DNA of 36,958 nucleotides, from positions 1-36,958 of the forward strand of contig CALCEG010000006.1 of assembly GCA_937900435.1 (NCBI GenBank), written 5' to 3'. Made by a program: the position numbers and the translations under genes. A model generated the notes under the pieces. That model saw only the letters and a program-made list of their open reading frames with translations. It ran no database searches and was not told where the DNA came from. Source of the DNA: an uncultured Alphaproteobacteria bacterium (lineage in GTDB: Bacteria > Pseudomonadota > Alphaproteobacteria > Rs-D84). Each line of letters opens with the position of its first letter. Positions within the stretch are counted from its first letter, which is position 1. This document shows, piece after piece, positions 30,779 to 36,958 of this stretch.

Positions 30779-31084
30779 ATGGCTAAAAATTACGCAATAG
30801 GCAGACATTTATCGACCTGGTGGAACGAGGGTCAAGATGGCAAACAAGGGTATCGTAACGTCGTTATCAGACGCAGATACAAAGACAAGGCAGGTTTAGA
30901 CGCAGAGGAAAAGATTACTTTGTTTGTATCTGAATTTTTAGAATTGTGTGCTGAAATGGAAGCAATGAAAAACAAAATCTTATTGCTGCCACGCGAAATC
31001 GTTAAAAAAGAGGACAACACCCCAGAACCCAGTTTAGATGTATCGGGTGTGCCAGACGAAATACCTTTTAACAATGACCGCTAG
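30779..31084 (+). CDS. PC4/YdbC-like ssDNA-binding protein (tentative)
   Basis: GYRNVVIRRRYKDKAGLDAEEKITLFVSEFLELCAEM follows the PC4-fold pattern (hydrophobic-IR-x-x-Y-x-D/K-x-G ... K-G/I-hydrophobic-x-L ... E-F/W-x-x-L). The C-terminal region contains PDEIPF. Confidence 0.45.
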   Translation: MAKNYAIGRHLSTWWNEGQDGKQGYRNVVIRRRYKDKAGLDAEEKITLFVSEFLELCAEMEAMKNKILLLPREIVKKEDNTPEPSLDVSGVPDEIPFNNDR

Positions 31085-31131
31085 CCGAGTCGGTCGTTAA
31101 AAATAACTTGACTTAGAAAGGAAAGAAAAAA

Positions 31132-33561
31132 ATGCCTATGACTAATGTTTTATCAGTAAATGATGTTATGGCGGACTGTCCAGAGAAATTGCTGCGGTAT
31201 GTGCCGTGGCTATTAAATGGACTTGAAGCACGTAAAAAAGCACGCGAACGCGGTGTTGACCCAGATAATATGCCACCATTGCCTATACTGGCAATCAAAG
31301 GTTGGCGTTTTTCTGGGAAAGAATTACAGTGGGACGCTTATGTAAAAACCCCCAACGGTAATATTTTTATTCAAGATTGTGTGCCTGGAACAAAAATATT
31401 TGGTGTTGATGGAAAAATTTATACTTGCACGGGTCATTTTCCGCAAGGGAAAAAACCTTTGTATAAAGTCAGTTTTAATGACGGAACAAGTGTAATTGCC
31501 GGATTAAATCATTTGTGGTCTGTCTATACCAGCAAAGATAATTTAATAGTAAAAACAACGCAAGATTTAATTAATAGCGGTGTTGCTAAAAAACATCAAA
31601 ACGGAGGTTTTAAGCATAAATTCCGTATTCCAATATGTAAACCTGTTGAATTTACAAAAAAAGAATTACCAATACACCCATATGTTCTTGGGGTTTTACT
31701 TGGTGATGGCAGTTTGTGTGGTGAACATATACATATATCAAACTGTGATATGGAAATTTATAGTAAAATCAAAGCATTGGGCTATAAATTATCAGCACCA
31801 AAAGAATATATAAACCCAAAAGGCAAATGTATTCGCTATGATTTATTAAACCGTCCACATAGTTATAACAAAGATTTAGAAAAGTTAAAACTAAAAGTTC
31901 ATGGACATAATAAATTCATACCAGATATATATTTACAGGGCAGTATAGAACAAAGACTTGAATTATTACGCGGTTTGATGGATACAGATGGTTCAATATC
32001 AAATGGTAGTGTAAGTTTTTCAACAAGTGCCCCCAGATTAAAAAATGATATTTGTGAACTGGTTCGTTCATTGGGCGGACTTGCAAAAATTCACAATTAT
32101 GTAGACAAACGGCGGGAAACAGAAAATTATACAATAAGAATAAAAACACCAGAAAACCCATTTTGTTTACCAAGAAAAGCAAATAAATGGGAATATAAAA
32201 AATTATCTAAAAGAATAACCAGTATTGAATACGATAACGATAATGAGGCGTATTGCATAACAACAGATGCGCCAGACCACTTATTTTTAACAGATGGTTA
32301 TATTGCAACGCATAATTCCCAGTTTGGCGTTCGATTTCAAGTGGGTGCGATTCTTGATGGGTGGGCAACGTCTGGTATGATTGCTGCAATTACGTCCGAT
32401 GGTGCAAAAGATACAATGCAGTTGTTGGACAAGGTTTTAGAGGAAGCCGAGGAACCGACACAGTTCCAGCGTCAATCAGACCACCCGATTCGTATTTTAT
32501 CGCAAGGCGAACCTATTTATATCGAATACCTGAATAAAGTCGATTCCAAAGCACGTCAAACGTCCGCTGATATGCTTATGATTGAGGAATTGGAAAAGTG
32601 GAACGAAACCGCAGGTAAAGCGTCGTTATTGACAATGATTCGACACTTTGACTGTATTATCGCATTATCAAATGATTTCCCACGCTGGGTTAAAAAACTA
32701 TTCGAATCGTTTGGTGCTGTGTTTATCGAAGTTACATATATGGACAATAAGAAGTTGGAAAAGTCCATCAAAGACGGTTTGGAACGTCAACGTATTGAAG
32801 ACCCCGACGGTTGGGCACGCGACGTCGCATATTTACCAACAGGTGGTTCGAATCGTGTGTTTTCAGAACGTGCCATCGCAAACGCATTCGCACCAAAGAA
32901 TCCAAAGTTCCAACGCAAAACGTCTATTCTTGCAATCGACGTTGGTGCTGGTGGTCCTGATAATTCTGTTATTATTCGGTGTGATTTTGATGGTTATGCT
33001 ATCGAAGCCGAGATATTGACAGACGAATCCATAGATTCCGTTGCTTTGTGTCGCAGGGTAAGTGATTATCGTGTGTCCCAGCGTTGCGACGAGGAAGTAT
33101 GGGATTCACAGGGCGTCGGGTTAGGAATAATGCCACAGCGCGCACCGCGTGAAATGTGGGCAACGTCAGGTATCGTTCCGTTCGGTGGTGCAGCAGTTGA
33201 TAAATCCGCGTATTTCAACGCCAGGGCAGAAGCAATGTTGCTAACAGCCAATGGTCTTATGAAAGGAAATATCAAACTGATTGGACTAACCGAAACCCAG
33301 AAAGCCCAATTTGAAGCCGAATGTCGTGCCCATACTATCAAACCAAGCGAACTTGCGCGCACAAATACGCACGCAATACAGTTAGATAGTAAGGAAATTG
33401 TCAAAAAACGCCTTGGCGGTTTATCGCCAAACATTCTTGACGCTTTATCGATGGGTGTGTGGCGGTTATTGACATACACGATTCATAATGATAACATATT
33501 ACCGACGAACAATTTTTATGGTTCGTCTGGTGCAGACGATACAGGAGTACCCGGACTATGA
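31132..33561 (+). CDS. terL: Terminase large subunit, interrupted by an intein (477 aa after splicing)
   Basis: Walker A is reconstituted as GWRFSGK|S across the intein. Walker B-like DMLMIEE is present. The RNase H-like nuclease part contains SILAIDVGAGGPDNSVII. Confidence 0.85.
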   Translation: MPMTNVLSVNDVMADCPEKLLRYVPWLLNGLEARKKARERGVDPDNMPPLPILAIKGWRFSGKELQWDAYVKTPNGNIFIQDCVPGTKIFGVDGKIYTCTGHFPQGKKPLYKVSFNDGTSVIAGLNHLWSVYTSKDNLIVKTTQDLINSGVAKKHQNGGFKHKFRIPICKPVEFTKKELPIHPYVLGVLLGDGSLCGEHIHISNCDMEIYSKIKALGYKLSAPKEYINPKGKCIRYDLLNRPHSYNKDLEKLKLKVHGHNKFIPDIYLQGSIEQRLELLRGLMDTDGSISNGSVSFSTSAPRLKNDICELVRSLGGLAKIHNYVDKRRETENYTIRIKTPENPFCLPRKANKWEYKKLSKRITSIEYDNDNEAYCITTDAPDHLFLTDGYIATHNSQFGVRFQVGAILDGWATSGMIAAITSDGAKDTMQLLDKVLEEAEEPTQFQRQSDHPIRILSQGEPIYIEYLNKVDSKARQTSADMLMIEELEKWNETAGKASLLTMIRHFDCIIALSNDFPRWVKKLFESFGAVFIEVTYMDNKKLEKSIKDGLERQRIEDPDGWARDVAYLPTGGSNRVFSERAIANAFAPKNPKFQRKTSILAIDVGAGGPDNSVIIRCDFDGYAIEAEILTDESIDSVALCRRVSDYRVSQRCDEEVWDSQGVGLGIMPQRAPREMWATSGIVPFGGAAVDKSAYFNARAEAMLLTANGLMKGNIKLIGLTETQKAQFEAECRAHTIKPSELARTNTHAIQLDSKEIVKKRLGGLSPNILDALSMGVWRLLTYTIHNDNILPTNNFYGSSGADDTGVPGL
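31321..32316 (+). mobile_element. 332-aa intein with a LAGLIDADG homing endonuclease, inserted in the terminase P-loop
   Basis: Block A-like ELQWDAYVKTPNG. Block B is GTSVIAGLNHLW. The two LAGLIDADG motifs are YVLGVLLGDGSL and LLRGLMDTDGSI. Block F is EAYCITT and block G is GYIATHN, followed by Ser+1. Confidence 0.8.
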
Positions 33562-33875
33562 GTGAAAGAAACGAAGAACACGAACTTTTTTTATACTATT
33601 ATGTCTTTGGAACAGACCAAGCCAAAGAATTATTGAATATTTGGATTGAGGACATTATGAATACGTCCCATTTCCAACCACAACTTGACCCCAATAATAC
33701 AAAAACCATACGCGATATGGGGGTGCTTGAATTTATTCAAGGCATAAGAAATCGCGTAGACGAGTTCATAGAGAAAGGAGTAAAAGATGGACCCACAAAA
33801 CAATCAACCGACCAACCAACCAGCAACACCGACGAACACGCCAATAGAACCGACACAGGGCAACCAACCCTCTAA
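33558..33875 (+). CDS. Hypothetical 105-aa protein
   Basis: ATGA overlap with terL. Its 3' end overlaps the next gene by 89 nt in a low-complexity Q/P/T-coding stretch. Confidence 0.55.
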   Translation: MSERNEEHELFLYYYVFGTDQAKELLNIWIEDIMNTSHFQPQLDPNNTKTIRDMGVLEFIQGIRNRVDEFIEKGVKDGPTKQSTDQPTSNTDEHANRTDTGQPTL

Positions 33876-34644
33876 TGTCGTTGTTGATGGTGGCGGTCAA
33901 GGTGGTGCAGCCACTATCGACTTGTCTTTGTATTTCAAAGACGGGGAACCAGGCGTTTATGACCCAGAAAAGATTACCGCACTTGTAAAAGAACGCGATA
34001 ACAAAGCGAAATCTGCGTCATACTTTCAATCGCAATTTATGCAAAAGAACGAAGTGCCACAATCCATCGACGGTTATGCGGAACATTTTAAGGCGGATTC
34101 TGCTTATGAAAAGTTTATGGACAAGCAAGAAGTTCAAGACGCTTTGAAAGAAATCCGCGAATGGGGTTTAAAAAATAACATTGGACCAAATGCAGTTAAT
34201 TCATTTTCAGATATGATTTTGAAAAAATTGGTTGCTGATGGTGTTTTGGATTCACGGACCCCAGAACAAATCGCAGAAGCAGAAGCCAAGAAAACAGCCG
34301 AAGCCAAGGAACAATTAAAGCCTTTCTTGGACACAGTGCATCGTTCTTTCGAGGACCAAACAAACTTATTGAATAAATTCTTTGATGCACCATCTGTATT
34401 TACAAATGACCCAGAAACCAAATCTTTCTTGCAACAGATAGCAAACGATTCGGCAACTGGTTATAAAATTGTGTCTATGCTGATTGATGCAATTGAATTT
34501 GGTGGTTATAAGGCATTACCAACCCAAAGCGAATCAATGGGAGTGGGCGCGGCTGAATTTTGGAACAAATACAATGCTGAACCAGACCCAATGAAGCGCG
34601 ATGCAATGTTAGCGGAATTTGAAAAAATGAACCCAACAAAATAA
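33787..34644 (+). CDS. Scaffolding-like or internal head protein candidate (285 aa, acidic, helical)
   Basis: AAAGGAG lies 6 nt upstream. The call rests on composition and position in the morphogenesis module only. Confidence 0.35.
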   Translation: MDPQNNQPTNQPATPTNTPIEPTQGNQPSNVVVDGGGQGGAATIDLSLYFKDGEPGVYDPEKITALVKERDNKAKSASYFQSQFMQKNEVPQSIDGYAEHFKADSAYEKFMDKQEVQDALKEIREWGLKNNIGPNAVNSFSDMILKKLVADGVLDSRTPEQIAEAEAKKTAEAKEQLKPFLDTVHRSFEDQTNLLNKFFDAPSVFTNDPETKSFLQQIANDSATGYKIVSMLIDAIEFGGYKALPTQSESMGVGAAEFWNKYNAEPDPMKRDAMLAEFEKMNPTK

Positions 34645-34658
34645 GAAAGGAGTGAATT

Positions 34659-35465
34659 ATGGCTAAAAACTGGTTTATTGAAGCCAATAAATCCCAAGAC
34701 CCAGAAGTCAAGGATTTGTTAAAACAGTATAACGAATTGGACGCAAACGCGGACGATTATGCAGAAAAGAAAGCTGAATTGGTTGCGACCATCAAAGCAA
34801 AATTGGAAAGTTCTGTTGAACCTGAAACACCAGAAGTCAAAGCAGAAATGGACAAGGTTGCGGACGAAGTGGTTGCTGCTGAAAACGCTGATACCGCTGC
34901 CATCGACGCTGAATTAGACGGTCAAAACGATTCGGAAAAACCGAATAGTCAAGCAGAACCAGAAGCAGAACCTGAATCAGAGGAAATGCCATCTGGTTTT
35001 TATTATACCGAAACGGACGCAGCAAAGGCAAAAACCATTGATGAACTTGTTGTAATGAAAAAAGCATGTCGTGAAGAAATTGCTCGTCTTGAAAAAACAC
35101 GCCTGAAACATGGAACATACAAACAAAACCGCGAATTAGATATGGCAATTTGGAAAGTGCGCCGTATTATCAGTGTTGCATTTAAGCGTGAATTAGCGTT
35201 AAAAGAACGCGCACGCCGCATCAGGAACGCAGGTCGCGTGTCGAGCATTGCGTTAAAGCGTGCCAGATTCGTAAAACTTATGCGTCAGGGCATTTCTATC
35301 ACAAACATAACAAGCCACCCAGAGGGTGTGAAAAAAGAGGAATTGGTGGACGTTTTAGACGAAGCAACCATCGAAGCGTGCCGTAAAAATAATTCACGCT
35401 TTCCTGCTATGTGGTTGAGATGGAAAGAAAAATTTATTGACAAGAAAGACGGTAATAAGCAATAA
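34659..35465 (+). CDS. Hypothetical 268-aa bipartite protein (strongly acidic N-half, Arg/Lys-rich C-half)
   Basis: ORF track. AAAGGAG lies upstream. Confidence 0.75.
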   Translation: MAKNWFIEANKSQDPEVKDLLKQYNELDANADDYAEKKAELVATIKAKLESSVEPETPEVKAEMDKVADEVVAAENADTAAIDAELDGQNDSEKPNSQAEPEAEPESEEMPSGFYYTETDAAKAKTIDELVVMKKACREEIARLEKTRLKHGTYKQNRELDMAIWKVRRIISVAFKRELALKERARRIRNAGRVSSIALKRARFVKLMRQGISITNITSHPEGVKKEELVDVLDEATIEACRKNNSRFPAMWLRWKEKFIDKKDGNKQ

Positions 35466-35510
35466 TCTTGTTGAGTAGTCTTGCATCTCCTAAGCATCCT
35501 CACTGTGCGT

Positions 35511-35543
35511 TGCCGGTCGCACACTCAAAACCGGCATTTTTTT
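35511..35543 (+). terminator. Rho-independent terminator upstream of the tail-fibre gene
   Basis: TGCCGGT (35511-35517) / ACCGGCA (35530-35536), 12-nt loop, T7 run (35537-35543). Confidence 0.8.
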
Positions 35544-35560
35544 GAAAGAAAGGACTATCG

Positions 35561-36958
35561 ATGAATCTAAATTTCTTATGTTGTATCGGTGCAGAATTAA
35601 AAAATAGCACACAACAAACAACACGTATGACCCAAGTTTATTTGTATCGTGCATTTGAAAGTGAAACAATCGCCGATATGTTGTCGACTGGATTTTTCAA
35701 TCAAGCCCTTGGAATTATACGGCAAGACGATTTACTGTTATTATATAGTCCAAATGAAACGAATCCACGTTGGGTTTATGCTCGTGTATCAAGCGCGACG
35801 CGTGATGGCATTGAAATTTCAAAAGTCGATGTCCAAGCACAAGATATATCAGTTGATACAACAGGTTATTCCAATTTATCAGGAAATAATTTACAGGAAA
35901 TATTAAATAATCTTGATACAACCATAACCACAATAAACGATACCTTTGTCCGCAAAGACGGAACTTCGATAATGTCCGCCCCATTAAAATTTATTGCGGG
36001 CTCTTTTCGCGGGGCTGTTGGTCCATATTTGAACGGTGTGGAATTTTATAATGTTGGTAGTGATGGTGCTTTGGGTTCTGCTATTGCTAGATTGACATCA
36101 ACAAATGGTTTAACGCCAAACACTGACAATGTTTTAGATATAGGTTCTGCAACCAAAAGATTCAAAGATTTATATATTGCACGTGTTATCACAGGTGTAA
36201 TCAATAACGGTTATGATATTGCAGTTCCAGCGACAGCGCAACCCGAAACATTGGCATTAAAGAGTGAAGTGGATTTAGCGGCTAATTCTGGTCGTATGAT
36301 TACAGACGAGGGCGTATGGTTTGCCAAAATGTATGCAGCAAGCACAGTGCCAACTGGTGCCGAATATGATGGCAAAAACTATGCGGACTTTTCACAGGTT
36401 GACGGTGATAATAATCCAGTAATTAAAATATACACAGGTGCTAGCGGGGCTTGGACACTGACAGAAACAATCACACCGCCAGCGGATTATGACGGTTATG
36501 TTCCAATTACAAGTAAAATATGGGACATTATAGACCAAACAGGTCAGCAAGGCGGACGTGTATTGTGGAACCATCAAACAAAAACATTTACACCGTATCC
36601 GCAGATTATATCGCTTGATAATCAACAGATTACAAACAGTTCTTTTTCTGGCGGAACAATTACAAGTTCAACATTTGATGGAGAAGCGACTTTAAGCGGT
36701 GTATCAACAGCACCAACGCCAACTGCAAGTTCGCCGAATAACCAAATAGCAAATAAAGAATATGTTGCACAAATAGCAGTGCCAGCAGGAATGATAGCAC
36801 CATTTGCGGGTTCAAGCGCACCTGCCGGCTGGTTGGTTTGCGATGGTTCGGCGGTATCAAGAACTGAATATGCGGACTTGTTTGCGGCAATTGGAACAAC
36901 TTATGGCGCGGGCGATGGTTCCACAACCTTTAATTTACCGAATAAATCCCCAGAAAGA
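35561..36958 (+). CDS. Tail fibre, N-terminal and constant part (open at the window end; continues at base 56; 590 aa on the circle)
   Basis: ATG 35561 follows AAAGGA. There are 466 codons with no stop up to the window end (under-called in the ORF track because no stop is reached). Near the end it carries the Phage_Tail_Collar-type motif PAGWLVCDGSAVSRTEYADLFAAIGTTYGAGDGSTTFNLP. Confidence 0.9.
   Translation, partial: MNLNFLCCIGAELKNSTQQTTRMTQVYLYRAFESETIADMLSTGFFNQALGIIRQDDLLLLYSPNETNPRWVYARVSSATRDGIEISKVDVQAQDISVDTTGYSNLSGNNLQEILNNLDTTITTINDTFVRKDGTSIMSAPLKFIAGSFRGAVGPYLNGVEFYNVGSDGALGSAIARLTSTNGLTPNTDNVLDIGSATKRFKDLYIARVITGVINNGYDIAVPATAQPETLALKSEVDLAANSGRMITDEGVWFAKMYAASTVPTGAEYDGKNYADFSQVDGDNNPVIKIYTGASGAWTLTETITPPADYDGYVPITSKIWDIIDQTGQQGGRVLWNHQTKTFTPYPQIISLDNQQITNSSFSGGTITSSTFDGEATLSGVSTAPTPTASSPNNQIANKEYVAQIAVPAGMIAPFAGSSAPAGWLVCDGSAVSRTEYADLFAAIGTTYGAGDGSTTFNLPNKSPER
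36904..36958. repeat. Window-end overlap, copy 2 (identical to 1-55); includes the IR-L sequence at 36904-36936
   Basis: See the 1-55 feature. Confidence 0.95.

Noticed and set aside
31108-31113. CTTGACT box upstream of terL as a late promoter
   Set aside because: No -10 element fits between it and the RBS and ATG, which begin 18 nt later.
32845-32854. GGTTCGAATC (tRNA T-loop-like); other GTTCGA hits at 3826 and 21490
   Set aside because: All lie inside coding sequence, with no acceptor, D or anticodon arms nearby. No tRNA gene is detectable by eye.
26476-33479. Antisense ORFs inside the exonuclease and terminase genes (26476-26880, 33066-33479, 29893-30288 and others)
   Set aside because: For the same reason: they are embedded opposite well-supported genes, with no start context.
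33787-33875. The 89-nt overlap of ORFs 33558-33875 and 33787-34644 as a programmed frameshift site
   Set aside because: There is no slippery sequence, and the downstream gene has its own strong AAAGGAG-ATG start. The overlap falls in low-complexity CAACC-type sequence that stays open in several frames.

Overview
The window is a complete, circularly assembled phage genome of about 36,903 bp: bases 1-55 are identical to 36904-36958. It has a T7-supergroup (podovirus-type) structural module, and almost every gene is on the + strand.

Gene order on the circle:
- Non-coding control region (20.2-20.8 kb).
- Early/middle genes (20.8-31.1 kb) behind sigma70-type promoters: many tiny ORFs, three paralogous Zn-ribbon proteins, an AntA-like protein, a GapR/DUF2312 protein, an ASCH protein, a free-standing HNH homing endonuclease, a YqaJ exonuclease, and a PC4-like ssDNA binder.
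- Large terminase split by a 332-aa LAGLIDADG intein (31.1-33.6 kb), then scaffold-like and acidic proteins.
- Tail fibre crossing the window seam (35561..36958, then 56..430), followed by a silent, inverted alternative fibre tip (427-733).
- Major capsid protein (1777-2682).
- Lysis cassette: holin, GH24 endolysin, unimolecular spanin.
- Portal, adaptor, nozzle, and three internal/ejection proteins including a 2,492-aa giant (12718-20196).
- Tandem terminators.

I could not recognise an integrase, repressor, invertase, DNA or RNA polymerase, tRNA or CRISPR array. The lipobox spanin, canonical promoters and SD sites, and GapR point to a Gram-negative host, possibly an alphaproteobacterium.

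Most notable observations:
1. A Mu G-segment-like invertible tail-fibre tip, flanked by 33-bp perfect inverted repeats, with no recombinase in the genome. The assembly seam falls exactly on the repeat boundary.
2. A giant polyvalent-type ejection protein.
3. A class-3-like intein inside the terminase P-loop.
4. A reiterated start-associated sequence and repeated gene-junction motifs in the early region.
5. A repeat-rich non-coding control region with a promoter-to-terminator mini transcript.

All functional calls come from reading motifs by eye. No database search was run.
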